Assembly: GCA_963833095.1 (NCBI GenBank)
Contig: CAWHWQ010000008.1
Span: 1-64,000, forward strand
From: Vulcanimicrobiota bacterium
Lineage (GTDB): Bacteria > Vulcanimicrobiota > Vulcanimicrobiia > Vulcanimicrobiales > Vulcanimicrobiaceae
Direction of reading: 5' to 3'
Length of the DNA stretch: 64,000 bases
Part shown: one piece after another, positions 28,830 through 39,472 of the stretch
Numbering within the stretch: position 1 is the first letter of the stretch
Layout of the letters: each line of letters starts with the position of its first letter
The notes under the pieces: model-generated
The model's input: the letters and a program-made list of their open reading frames with translations, nothing else
What the model was told of the DNA's origin: nothing
The model's database searches: none
Position numbers and translations under genes: made by a program

Positions 28830-31457
28830 CTATTTAGTAAGAACGGCACGCGCGTGACTGCCACGCGGGTGCCGTTTTGTTACGCTGAACTCGTAGGTGA
28901 GCTGCGAGACGATGAAGAGGCCGCGTCCCGATTCGCTCATGACGTCGATCGGCAGCATCGGGGCGCGTTCAAATCCCGGGCCATCGTCGATCACGTGTAG
29001 CACGAGGTCGCCGCCGGTATTGTCCAGCACGAACTCCACGGCACCCGCGGCATGGCGAACCACGTTGCCGGCGAGCTCTCCGAGCACGAGTTCGGCCGTC
29101 TCCAGACGCAATTCCGAAAGTCCGTAGCCGATCAGCAGCGCCCGAAACTCGCGGCGCATGCGTGAGAGGCCCTCTGCGTCGAGACTTGCGAAGCTCCATC
29201 GCCGCATATTTCCAATGCGCTGCTCGCCGCGCACGCGCAACGTCAGAATCGCCACGTCGTCGCGGGCACCGTCGGGCAGCAAGCGTTCCCGGATAAAGGC
29301 GGCGGGATGCGTCGCCTCGTCGATCTGCGGATCAATGAGCGTTGCACGCAACAGTTGCGCCCCACCCTCAAGGTCGCGCGACGATTCGATCAGTCCATCA
29401 GTATAAAAGACGAGCAAGTCGCCGTCGCCTACGCTCACGCTGCACGCTCGAATCGACATCCGGTCGCGCAGACCAAGCGGAAGATCGACAAAGATAAGTT
29501 CCTCGAGGCTTCCATTCGGGCGCCGAATGTAGGGTGGCAAGTGCCCCGCGCTCGCGTATACCATCGTGCTCGCGATCAGATCGATCACACCGACAAAAGC
29601 GGTGACAAAGCGATCGGGATCGTCCATGCGCAGCGCGCGATCGGCCGAATTGAGCATGAGAACCGGGTCGGCGTGGACTTGCGCGATGCCGCGAATGATC
29701 TGACGCATGCTGCTCATGGTGACGGCGGCATCGAGTCCGCTTCCCGCCACGTCGCCGATCGAAACGACGATGCGCCCATCGGCGAGCGCAAACGCGTCGT
29801 ACCAATCGCCGCCGATCTGCGCCTCGCTGCGGCCCGGCATGTATATCGCATCGAGCGCAATACCATCGATTTCGGGCAAACGCCGCGGCAGCGAAGCCGC
29901 CTGGAGAGCTTCGGCGACGCGGTGCTCGCGCGCATAGAGCTGCGCATTTGCAATGGCCAGCGCAGAGCGTCGCGCAACTTCTTCTAAGAACCCGACGCCC
30001 GCCGCGCCGTAGGCTTCGTTATCCGGCGGCCGCACGAACGAAATCGTCCCAATCGACTTACCGCGAACGCGCATCGGCACGACGATCGTCTCGACAACCA
30101 TATCGTTCACGCATTCCACGAAGCGCACCGCGCGAGCGTCACCATAAGAGTGCGCGCGGATGCGCGATGGCGGCACTTCGCGCCGCAACAAGCCGTACGC
30201 GGACGCCGCGGTTCGCAGAACGCCATTGGTCAAAAGGTCGATCTGGCACGAATCAGCGAGCAGCGGAATTGCCGCTTCACAAATGTGACGCAGTGTGCGA
30301 TCGAGATCGAGCGAACTATTGGCGATACGTCCTAGTTCGGCGAGATACGTCTGCTCTTGCGCGGTGCGCTTTTGGTCGTCGATGTCGGTGCTCGTACCAA
30401 ACCAGCGGATGATCCGTCCGCCCTCATCGCGCATCGGTGCCGCGCGCGAGAGAAACCAGCGCGATTGGCCCTCTGCGTTGGTCAGGCGATGCTGCATTTC
30501 GTAGGGCTCGCCGGTCGCAATCGAGTGCGACCAGCGTTGGCGTGTCTTCGGCCAATCGGCCGGGCTCACGAACTGTTCCCACACGTTACCCATGCATTGG
30601 GCGAGTGAAAGGCCGGTGTACTTGAGCATCGCATCGTTCGCGTAATCTTGTTCGCCTTGAGGAGTGGTCGACCAGACGATGTCGGGCAGCACCTCGGCGA
30701 TCGTGCGCAACTGCCGGTCGCGCATCTCGTTTGCGACCCGCTGATCGTGAACGTCCATCGCGGTTCCGATGCGATAAAACGGCACGTCCGCCGACGCAAA
30801 GTGTACCCAGCGCAGCAGATGCCAGCGATACATCCCATCGGAACGCCGTCGCAGCCGAAAATCGACTTCGCGGCGTCCGGTGCGTAGCGCGCGCATCAGC
30901 ACCGGCAGATCGAGCGGATGAACGAGCGCATTGCGTTCGTCGATCGTCGAGCCGGACGGCAACCCGGTGTACTCGAGCCACGCGCGATTGACGAACGTGA
31001 GCCGATCCTCGTGATCGGTGGTCCAAACCATAATCGGCAGCGCATCGGCGAGATTCCAGAAGCTATTGTCGGCGGCGTGTTCCAGATCGCCCCGGTCGCA
31101 GACCGCGAACCATTCGCGCAATCTTCCGTCGCGTTCGCGCGTCGGCACGAACGTGGCCGAGAACAGCCCGTATTCGTTCTGCGCCGAGCGCAGACGGAAT
31201 CGGATCTCAAAGGGCTCTTGGCTACGCACCCCCGCGCCGAAGTCGATGAGCGCGGTCGGAAGATCGCTCGGATGGACGGCGAGTTGCCAGCCGCTTCCGG
31301 CAGCCTGGGCCGCGTCTAGCCCCGTGAACGTGCTCCAGGCGGGGTTCGCATAGACGCACGCGCCGTCCGATTCGGTCACGAGCACAGCGCGACCCAAGCG
31401 CTGCGCGAACATGCGTAGCGCGGAGGCCTCGAACTCGCCCATCGCACCGGAGGTCAT
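28830..31457 (-). CDS. PAS(x3)-GAF-SpoIIE/PP2C phosphatase with C-terminal RsbW-like HATPase
   Basis: VHP.D PAS motifs, IGGDWYD, IGDVAGSG, FYTDGL, DDVA, ELAGNVVRHA, ESGRGL. Confidence 0.92.
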   Translation of the reverse strand: MTSGAMGEFEASALRMFAQRLGRAVLVTESDGACVYANPAWSTFTGLDAAQAAGSGWQLAVHPSDLPTALIDFGAGVRSQEPFEIRFRLRSAQNEYGLFSATFVPTRERDGRLREWFAVCDRGDLEHAADNSFWNLADALPIMVWTTDHEDRLTFVNRAWLEYTGLPSGSTIDERNALVHPLDLPVLMRALRTGRREVDFRLRRRSDGMYRWHLLRWVHFASADVPFYRIGTAMDVHDQRVANEMRDRQLRTIAEVLPDIVWSTTPQGEQDYANDAMLKYTGLSLAQCMGNVWEQFVSPADWPKTRQRWSHSIATGEPYEMQHRLTNAEGQSRWFLSRAAPMRDEGGRIIRWFGTSTDIDDQKRTAQEQTYLAELGRIANSSLDLDRTLRHICEAAIPLLADSCQIDLLTNGVLRTAASAYGLLRREVPPSRIRAHSYGDARAVRFVECVNDMVVETIVVPMRVRGKSIGTISFVRPPDNEAYGAAGVGFLEEVARRSALAIANAQLYAREHRVAEALQAASLPRRLPEIDGIALDAIYMPGRSEAQIGGDWYDAFALADGRIVVSIGDVAGSGLDAAVTMSSMRQIIRGIAQVHADPVLMLNSADRALRMDDPDRFVTAFVGVIDLIASTMVYASAGHLPPYIRRPNGSLEELIFVDLPLGLRDRMSIRACSVSVGDGDLLVFYTDGLIESSRDLEGGAQLLRATLIDPQIDEATHPAAFIRERLLPDGARDDVAILTLRVRGEQRIGNMRRWSFASLDAEGLSRMRREFRALLIGYGLSELRLETAELVLGELAGNVVRHAAGAVEFVLDNTGGDLVLHVIDDGPGFERAPMLPIDVMSESGRGLFIVSQLTYEFSVTKRHPRGSHARAVLTK
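28842..28881 (+). terminator. Intrinsic terminator for rpsO, inside the convergent CDS
   Basis: AACGGCAC-G-CGCGTG-ACTGC-CACGCG-G-GTGCCGTT then TTGTT. Confidence 0.65.
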
Positions 31458-31509
31458 TCTTGCTCGTGTTCTCTACCCACGAGCAATCCGGACTCAAACG
31501 TCCGAGCGC

Positions 31510-32487
31510 TTATACCCGCTTACGGGCGTAGGCCCTACGGACCGCTTCCTTGATTGCCGCGGTCCCCATGCCGTAATGTTCGATCAGCTCAACCGGGTCG
31601 CCGGATTGCCCGAAGCGGTCTTGCACCCCGATGAACTCGATCGGCACCGGCGCGTGAGCCGCCAGCGTCTCGGCCACAGCCGAGCCCATCCCGCCGTGGA
31701 CCTGATGCTCCTCGACGGTCACTACCGCGCCGCAGGCGCGAGCGGCTTCGACGATCGCCGCATCGTCCATCGGTTTGATCGTGTGGTTGTTGATGACCCG
31801 CGCTTCGATGCCGTCCTCGCGCGCAAGCTCTTCGGCCGCGGTCAGCGCGTTGTAGACCAAGATGCCGCAGGCAACAATCGCGACGTCGTCGCCGCCGCGG
31901 AATGTTTGCGCCTTCCCGACTTCAAACGGTGTCGCATCGGTCGTGATAACCGCCGACTTGTCGCGCGCAAAGCGAAGATAGACCGGCCCGAAGCGCTCGG
32001 AAAGCGCGAGCGTGGCCTTGCGCGTTTGAATCGAATCGCACGGCACCACTACGGTCATGTGTGGAATCACGCGCATAATCGCGATATCCTCGATCGCTTG
32101 GTGCGTCGCGCCGTCGGGACCGACCGAAACTCCAGCGTGTGCGCCCGCAATCTTGACATTGCTTTCGTTGAGGGCCATGATCGTGCGCACTTGCTCCCAC
32201 GAGCGCCCCGGATTGAACATCGCGTAGGACGCAATCCACGGAACCTTACCGACCGCCGCGAGCCCTCCCGCAAGCGCAACGAGCATTTGCTCAGCCACGC
32301 CGATCTCGATGTACTGCGCCGGGTGCGCCTTCTTGAAGCCTTCCATGCGCGTCGATTCTGCGAGATCGGCGCAGATTCCCAACACATTTGGATTGCGGTC
32401 ACCGGCCTCGATCAGCCCTTCGCCAAAGCCGTTACGCGTCGGAACGAATTTTAGTTCGCCGGCGTTGCGATAATCAACCAGCGACAT
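31510..32487 (-). CDS. Transketolase, C-terminal subunit
   Basis: GVAEQ, GPDGATHQAIED, VEEH..HGGMG. Confidence 0.93.
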   Translation of the reverse strand: MSLVDYRNAGELKFVPTRNGFGEGLIEAGDRNPNVLGICADLAESTRMEGFKKAHPAQYIEIGVAEQMLVALAGGLAAVGKVPWIASYAMFNPGRSWEQVRTIMALNESNVKIAGAHAGVSVGPDGATHQAIEDIAIMRVIPHMTVVVPCDSIQTRKATLALSERFGPVYLRFARDKSAVITTDATPFEVGKAQTFRGGDDVAIVACGILVYNALTAAEELAREDGIEARVINNHTIKPMDDAAIVEAARACGAVVTVEEHQVHGGMGSAVAETLAAHAPVPIEFIGVQDRFGQSGDPVELIEHYGMGTAAIKEAVRRAYARKRV

Positions 32488-33338
32488 TCGCGACAATCCT
32501 TTCGCGTGCAGCAGCGAGTTCGGCCAGTGCGGCATCGGCTTGCTCTTTGTTCGGTGGCTTGCCGTGCCAGGTGTAGTCGCCTTCCATGTAGCTCACGCCC
32601 TTGCCGGGCACGGTGTTGGCGATAATCACCTGCGGCTTGCCTTTAATCGCTTTTGCGCGCTCGGCGACCTCGATGAACGCACCGATGTCGTTGCCGTCGC
32701 ACTCGAACACTTCCCAATTGAACGCGCGATACTTGTCGGCGAACGGCTCGAGCGGCATCACGTCCTCGGTGCTACCGTCGATTTGAATGAAGTTGCGATC
32801 GACGATGCATGTAAGATTGTCGAGCTTGAACTTGGCTGCCGTCATCATCGCTTCCCAATGCAATCCGCATTGATGCTCGCCGTCGGAAGTGACGACGTAA
32901 ACGCGCCAGTCTTTCTTGTCGAGCTTGGCTCCAAGCGCCATTCCGGTTCCTTGCGCGAGCCCTTCGCCCAGCGGGCCCGAGGTCGTCTCGAGCGCGGGCA
33001 GCTTCACTCGCTCGGGGTGCCCTTGCAGTCGCGAACCAAATTTCCGCAGCGTCAGCAACTCCTCAACCGGAAGATATCCAAACGTTCGCCATTGCCGCAT
33101 AGCGTACCGGCGCGATGTGCCCGCACGATAGGAGCAGGCGATCGCGCTCGGACCAATCGGGCCGCTTGGGATCGTGGCGCATAATGTGACCGTAGAGGGC
33201 GGTGAAAATGTCGGCCATGTCGAGCGAGCCGGCCGAGTGCCCGGAACCCGCGGCGAGCAGCGAGCGGATTATACCCTCGCGCACATCGTTGGCCTTCAGT
33301 TCGAGCTCCTTGCGGTGCTGCGAAGTCAGGGTCTGCAT
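32474..33338 (-). CDS. Transketolase, N-terminal subunit, frameshift near 33090
   Basis: AGSGH, RDRLLLSCGH, LQGHP, SDGE, PGKGVSYME...WHG. Confidence 0.93.
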
Positions 33339-33372
33339 ACCGCCCGTTATACCAGAGGCGCCCGCGACTGAC

Positions 33373-33745
33373 CTACGCCCGTTGTCGGCGAGTCTCGACC
33401 TGGTGGCAGGCTAGGCAGAGCGTCTCGAGATTCTCGAGATGGTGGAGGCAACTTATGGTGCGATGAGCGCCGCGGGCTTGACGGATATGATTGACTTCAA
33501 GCCGATCCGTTTTGCGCAGACGCTTATATTTTGGATGTGAACGCGGCGGCGGCTTGTGACCGCACCGCGTGCAGCGATAGCGGTCGCGACGTTTGGCTGC
33601 GCGCCGCGCCAACGTCCACCAATGATTGTTCCAAAAGCGCTCGGCGCAGCGATCGCTGCACCACATTTTTCGTCGAGGCGGTAACGGTTTCGCGCACCAG
33701 CGGCATTGGCCGTCGGTCCCTGCAGCGAGGACGCAAACAGTGACT
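33373..33745 (-). CDS. Zn-finger + HNH endonuclease-like protein (start uncertain)
   Basis: CRWC...WCSDRC; RDRYRCTRCG...LEVNHI...NLETLCLACH. Confidence 0.8.
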
Positions 33746-35492
33746 AACTGATCAGAGCGACGCGCGGGCTGCTTTCGATCCATTGGTTGAAGTCGATAAC
33801 CGTCATCGGCTGCGCGACGGCAAAACCCTGCATGTATTTCACGCCCGCCACGCGGATTGCCGCCCGATCGTCGGCCGTTGCGACGCGCGTCGCAATCACG
33901 TCCCAGCCGTACACGCGCGATAGTGCGACGATCGCTTCCATGCTCTTGCCGCGGGCGCCACCGGAAGGAAGCAGCGTGCGGGACGGCTTGACAAAACGCA
34001 CCGCCAACGACTCGAGCATCGGCAGATCGAGTTCGGTCTCGCCGAATCCGTCCAATCCGACGTAGAGACCACAACGTTCGGCTGCCTCGGCAAGATTGTG
34101 ATATGCCTCAAAATCACTTTTGAACTTCGTCCACTCGAGTTCTAGCGCGAGCATCGACGTATCACATCCACTTCCATCGACGGCGCGCAACACGTTGCTC
34201 AAGATCTCGTCGCTAGCTTGCCCGATATTCACGTGGATGCGCTCCACGCCTTGCGCGCGCCACTCGTGGGCGCAAGCAAGGGCGCGTCGCACGACCCAGG
34301 CGTCGAGATGCTCGATCGAACGTCGCGCCCGCGCTGCCTCCATAGTAATGAAGGCCGATTGCACGCCGTCTTGCGGATGCAGCGAACGCAACAGCGCCTC
34401 CGCCGCGACCACTCTCCCCGACTCAACTTCGAAGATCGGCTGAAAACATAGAAGAAATTCGCGCGAATAAGCGTCTTCGATGTCGGCTGCGAGCGGCGCC
34501 CAATCCGCTGGCGACTCTCCGGGGTTGAAGACGCAGTGCGACTCACGCTGCCGCTTGGCCTGATACATTGCAAGGTCGGCGTGGTGCAGCCATTCATCGA
34601 CGTCGGTCGCGTGCTCAGGGTAAAATGCGACGCCGACGCTGAGCGAAACCGAGCCCGCGCCGTGCACGATTTCCAGATTGCGCACCGCATCGGCCAGGCG
34701 TTTTGCCGCCGAGGTCGCTTCTTCACTGTTTCGCACAATAGGCAGAATTACGGCGAATTCATCGCCGCCGATACGCCCGACGAATTCATTGGCGCGCAGC
34801 GCGTCGCGTAAGGTGCTCGCGATCGTCTTGAGCACCATGTCGCCGTGCGCGTGACCGAACGAATCGTTGACGCCCTTGAATCCGTTGAGGTCGATGAAAA
34901 GCAGCGCCGCGTGCGTGCCGTTCCGCCGGGCGGCCGAAACGGTTTCGGTAAGCCGGTTCATCGTCGCCCAGCGGTCCGGCAGGCCGGTGACATGGTCGAC
35001 GAGCGAACGGGCTTCGACGCTGTGGACGAGTTGACGGAGCAATTGGGTGAAAACGTCGAGCAGCGTCTCGACGTCGGCGGCGAAGACCTCGCGGTCGATT
35101 CGTCCGGTGCGTTCCCCCAGCAACAACACCCACTCGCGCTCGCCGGCATAGAGCATCGCGCAGAGAGCGTCGCCGACGGAGGCCGCTTCCCGGAGCCGAT
35201 CGTTCCCATGCTCGTGAACTTCATGCTCGTCCCCGAGGGAAACGCGACCTTCGAGCAGGGAGGGGTCAGTCGAGAAGGCGCAGCGCAGCACGTCGAGCTT
35301 GACTTCGAAGATCGCCGCCACGTCCGCCCTGGTAATGCGGGCGGCTTCCTCGAGCGCCTCGACGATCACCTGGGGCAATTCGGTATCCAGGCGCTTGAGA
35401 AACGAGCGCATGAGTGCGAGGCGCTCAACGGGACGAGCGCCCTTCTTGGAAATGGTTCCAAAAATTTCGTCAAACACCGGCTTAGTGGTCAT
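33744..35492 (-). CDS. GGDEF-EAL protein (intact GGDEF, degenerate EAL)
   Basis: RIGGDEF; EALLR but LDGFGET and IATRVAT. Confidence 0.88.
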   Translation of the reverse strand: MTTKPVFDEIFGTISKKGARPVERLALMRSFLKRLDTELPQVIVEALEEAARITRADVAAIFEVKLDVLRCAFSTDPSLLEGRVSLGDEHEVHEHGNDRLREAASVGDALCAMLYAGEREWVLLLGERTGRIDREVFAADVETLLDVFTQLLRQLVHSVEARSLVDHVTGLPDRWATMNRLTETVSAARRNGTHAALLFIDLNGFKGVNDSFGHAHGDMVLKTIASTLRDALRANEFVGRIGGDEFAVILPIVRNSEEATSAAKRLADAVRNLEIVHGAGSVSLSVGVAFYPEHATDVDEWLHHADLAMYQAKRQRESHCVFNPGESPADWAPLAADIEDAYSREFLLCFQPIFEVESGRVVAAEALLRSLHPQDGVQSAFITMEAARARRSIEHLDAWVVRRALACAHEWRAQGVERIHVNIGQASDEILSNVLRAVDGSGCDTSMLALELEWTKFKSDFEAYHNLAEAAERCGLYVGLDGFGETELDLPMLESLAVRFVKPSRTLLPSGGARGKSMEAIVALSRVYGWDVIATRVATADDRAAIRVAGVKYMQGFAVAQPMTVIDFNQWIESSPRVALIS

Positions 35493-35522
35493 TCGGCCTT
35501 CGCAGCAATCTTCTTGTAACCG

Positions 35523-37109
35523 CTACGCGAGCCAGACGCCCTCCTTCCCGTAGGTGGTCATAAAGTCCCATGCACTGACTGGATGCCCAAAATGATAGCC
35601 TTGTAACTCGCGGCAGCCGATATCCCGCAAAAATTCGGCCTGACCCGCCGTCTCGACGCCCTCGCCGATGACGTTCATGTGCAGAGAATCCGCAAGCGCC
35701 GCAACGGAACGGCAAATTGCGCGACTGTACCGATCATTTTCGGCGTCTTTTACGAACGCGCGATCGATTTTGATACAACTGACCGGGTACGATTTCAAAT
35801 ACGACAACGTGTTATAGCCGGTGCCGAAGTCATCGATTGCGATCGAGACACCGCTATCGCGCAACTGTTCGAGGGTTGCTACGGCGCTGGGAATATCCTC
35901 GATGAGCAATTGTTCGGTAACTTCGAGTTGCAAAGCCGAAGGATCCCAGCCCGAGTCATGCAGCGCGCTGGATACGTGCCCGATGAGCCGTGAGGACTGC
36001 ACGTGGCGCGGCGATACGTTGACGTTGAGCCGAACGTTTCGGCCGAGCGAGTCGCGAATGAGCATCGCGTCGCGACAAGCGCGATCGATTGCCCAACGCC
36101 CGATCTCGACCACCGCATCGCTCTCTTCTGCGATCGTGAGAAAAACGTCGGGCGTGAGTAGCCCGAGTTCGGGATGCTGCCAGCGCAGCAACGCTTCGGT
36201 GGCGGTGACGCCATTGCTCGACGCATCGATCAGCGGCTGATAATACATGGCGAACTCGCCGCGCTCGATCGCAGCCGGCAAATCGCGCGCAAGCCGGCTG
36301 CGTACGCTCATCTTACGCTCGAGCGCGGGGCCATAGCGCACGAGTCCGCCGCGCGCCGCGGTCTTAGCAGCATGCAGCGCCATTGCGGCATTTTGCAGGA
36401 GCAGCTCGCCGGCGCCATCCCGCCCGAGCGTGGCGACACCCATCGTTGTACGCAACACAAACTCCGCGTGGCCGGCTTTGAACGGTGCATCCAGCGCATC
36501 GCGCAGCTGCTCGATACGCCGCTCCACCACCGCGTGGTCTTTCGGTTCGATCAGCAAACAGGCAAATTCGTCGGATCCAAGACGCGCCACGAAATGTCCG
36601 TCGATCTCCAAAAAGCGCATGCGATCCGCGATTGCGCAGAGCAATTCATCGCCGGCGGCGTGTCCCGCGATCTCGTTGATTTGCGCGAAGCGATCGATGT
36701 CGAAGACAACCAGCGCGCCACGGGCAGCGCCGGTATCCGCGTAATGGTTGAGCGCTTCGAGCAGCTGATGTCGATTAAGCAGACCGGTGAGCGGATCGTG
36801 CGTCGAGAGAAACAGCACCGCGCTCTGCGCTTCGCTGGCATCCACACCCACGGCAACCGCGCCGGCGATTTCGCCGTCGGCGACGATGAGCGGAAATACG
36901 TGGCCGTCAAACGCGACGCCGCCGAAGTCGGCCTTTAACGCACGGGGGCGTCCGCGCAGCGCACCGCGAAGCGCGCGCAAAGCTGCACCGCTCAGCGGCC
37001 GCTGCTCCAAATCCATGGAATGCGGTCCATATGCGGTCGTAATGCGTAACGCTCGATCGGTCGCCACAACGATGGTGGGAACCGGTCCGCGCTCCGGCGC
37101 CAGTGCCAC
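35523..37109 (-). CDS. GGDEF-EAL protein (GSDEF, intact EAL)
   Basis: RLGSDEF; EALLR, LEVTE, DDFGTGY, IKIDR, EGVET, QGY; AGGGAG before GTG 37109. Confidence 0.9.
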   Translation of the reverse strand: MALAPERGPVPTIVVATDRALRITTAYGPHSMDLEQRPLSGAALRALRGALRGRPRALKADFGGVAFDGHVFPLIVADGEIAGAVAVGVDASEAQSAVLFLSTHDPLTGLLNRHQLLEALNHYADTGAARGALVVFDIDRFAQINEIAGHAAGDELLCAIADRMRFLEIDGHFVARLGSDEFACLLIEPKDHAVVERRIEQLRDALDAPFKAGHAEFVLRTTMGVATLGRDGAGELLLQNAAMALHAAKTAARGGLVRYGPALERKMSVRSRLARDLPAAIERGEFAMYYQPLIDASSNGVTATEALLRWQHPELGLLTPDVFLTIAEESDAVVEIGRWAIDRACRDAMLIRDSLGRNVRLNVNVSPRHVQSSRLIGHVSSALHDSGWDPSALQLEVTEQLLIEDIPSAVATLEQLRDSGVSIAIDDFGTGYNTLSYLKSYPVSCIKIDRAFVKDAENDRYSRAICRSVAALADSLHMNVIGEGVETAGQAEFLRDIGCRELQGYHFGHPVSAWDFMTTYGKEGVWLA

Positions 37110-37217
37110 GGGTTCTCCCTTCGCCACACGTGAGCGGCAGGGCCGCGACGCCAACCGCTCGGTCGCACCCTCTGCCCGCGCTTTTACGGAACTTTTACCG
37201 AACCCCTGCCGAAGGGC

Positions 37218-38890
37218 TCAGTAGCCCAATGCGGCGCCGGCCGGACGACGGCGATCGGTTCCACCTTGCAGCGCACCGCTTATCGGATCGACAACGATCG
37301 CTTGCGCCGAGCCCCAGAACGGGATCTCTGCAAACGCGTAGCCGTCGCCGCGCAGAGCGGCAAGGGTAGCATCGGTGAGAGCGTTTGGTTCATATTGAAT
37401 TTGATCGGGCAGCCACTGCATGTGGATGCGTGGCGCATCCACGGCCGCTTGCGCGTCCATGCCGAAATCGAAAACGTTCAAGATCGTTTCGAGCGCGATG
37501 GTGATAATGCGCGAACCACCCGGGCTCCCCGTCACCATCGCGAGCTTACCGTCGCGCAGCACCATTGTCGGCGCCATCGACGAAAGCGGACGCTTTCCCG
37601 GCGCAATGTCGTTCATCTTGCCTTGGACGAGTCCAAACCCGTTGGGCACACCGGGCTTTGACGTAAAATCATCCATCTCGTCGTTGAGAAAGAAGCCAGT
37701 GTTGCCGGCGATAACGCTCGATCCGAACCAGTCATTGATCGTGTATGTCACCGCAACCGCATTGCCCGCGCTATCGACGATCGAGTAGTGCGTCGTCTGC
37801 CCGTTCTCGTGCACGTCGATGTGCAATCCCGGCTTGACCTGCGATGACGGCGTGGCGCGCCGCGGATCGATCTGCGCGCGCAATTGCGCCGCGTAGTCGG
37901 GGCTGAGCAACTGCGCGATCGGATTTTTCACAAACGCCGGGTCGCCGAGATATGCGTTGCGGTCAGCATACGCGCGGCGTTCCGCTTCGACGACATAGTG
38001 CGTTTCACGCACGCTGTGCCAGCCCCAATCGGCCAGCGGGTATGGCGAAATGATGTTGAGGATTTGACAAAGCGTTACACCGCCCGAACTCGGCGGCGGT
38101 GCCGAAATGACGGTTAGTCCGTGATACTCACACTGCAAAGGCGAGGACTCGTCAACCGTATAGTCAGCGAAATCTTGCATCGAAAGAATGCCGCCGTTCG
38201 CGTTGCTCGCATCGACGACGGCGCGCGCGATCGCGCCGCGGTAAAACGCCGAGGTACCACCGTCGGAAATCTCTTGCAGCGTGTTGGCTAAGTTCGTTTG
38301 CACGATGCGCTGGCCCGCGCGAGGCATCTTGCCGTCGGGCATCCAGATCGCGCGCACGTTGGGCTCTGAAAACGTAGAGGCACCGGTATAGCCCTGCGCC
38401 GCCGCGCCGTTGAACGGAACGAGATCCCCGGACCGAGCACGAAGCCGTCGCGCGCTACATGGATCGCCGGCGCGAGCAGCGTTGCCCGCGACATCGTACC
38501 GAACTCGATGCGCGCGCGCTCCATCCCCATCACCGTGCCGGGCACGCCGATCGCAAGCCAGCCTTTGCGCGAGCGATTGGGAACGACGTTGCCTTGCGCA
38601 TCGAGGTACATGTCGCGCGTCGCGCGCAGCGGGGCTTTCTCGCGAAAATCGATGAAGCGCTCGCGTCCATCGTGCATGCGGATCAACATGAACCCGCCAC
38701 CGCCGATGTTGCCGCAGCACGGATCGACCACGGCGAGGGCGTACCCGACGGCAACCGCCGCGTCGACCGCGTTGCCGCCGGCCTCGAGCACGTCGAGCCC
38801 AGCTTGGGAGGCGAGGCGTTGCTCGGTGACGACCATGGCGTGAGGCGCAGTGACCACGCTGAGCAGCGCGGTGAGAAGCAATGCGTGCAT
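37218..38890 (-). CDS. ggt: Gamma-glutamyltransferase, frameshift near 38430
   Basis: GGNAVDAAVA, IDFREKAP, TTHYSIVD, LNDEMDDF, PLSSMAP, GSPGGSRI. Confidence 0.95.
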
Positions 38891-38971
38891 GAGCGGCCTT
38901 TTCGCGATGGGCCGGTAAAGATTTCCTGTAGCCCCGGCCGCCTGAGGGTCAGTAATGGTACGATCAGCCCG

Positions 38972-39352
38972 ATGAGCACTTCGTATATCGGTGCCGACGC
39001 CCTGATCGGACCGATTACCCCCAACGTCGTCCCCGGCTTTGACGTGCTCAATCCGGCCAGCTACGCCGAGACCTCGACCGCGCCGGCGAGCTCCCCGCTA
39101 CCGTCGAGCAGTTCGAGCTCCACGAGCGAAGCCACGACGGGCCAAAACCCCTACCAGCAGGCGCTCTCGACCCTCGAAAGCTGGCAGAACCAGGTCCTTC
39201 AGCAGAGCCTTTCGGGCAATACCGCCGGTGCGGTGAACGCGCTCTACTCGTCGGCCGGCCTCAACGCCGATCAGTTTGCCCAGCTGGCAACCGAGCTCCA
39301 GAATTTGGGCTCGACGCCGGCCGCCGGCTCGACCGTCGACACCTCGGCATAG
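38972..39352 (+). CDS. Ser/Thr/Gln-rich hypothetical protein
   Basis: 126 aa, low complexity, ends GSTVDTSA*. Confidence 0.65.
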   Translation: MSTSYIGADALIGPITPNVVPGFDVLNPASYAETSTAPASSPLPSSSSSSTSEATTGQNPYQQALSTLESWQNQVLQQSLSGNTAGAVNALYSSAGLNADQFAQLATELQNLGSTPAAGSTVDTSA

Positions 39353-39472
39353 ACGATTCCGCCCAGCCTGCGGCCGCTTCGTGCGGCTGCCCGCCAGGGG
39401 CGCGGTGAGCGCTGCGCGAACCGAGCACGGTTCATTTAAAAGAGCAAAAAGCAAAAGAAACTAGGAGTTATT

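Noticed and set aside
38949..38975. Sigma28-like TCAG-N15-CCCGATGA promoter
   Set aside because: Weak match, and the -10 element overlaps the predicted start codon
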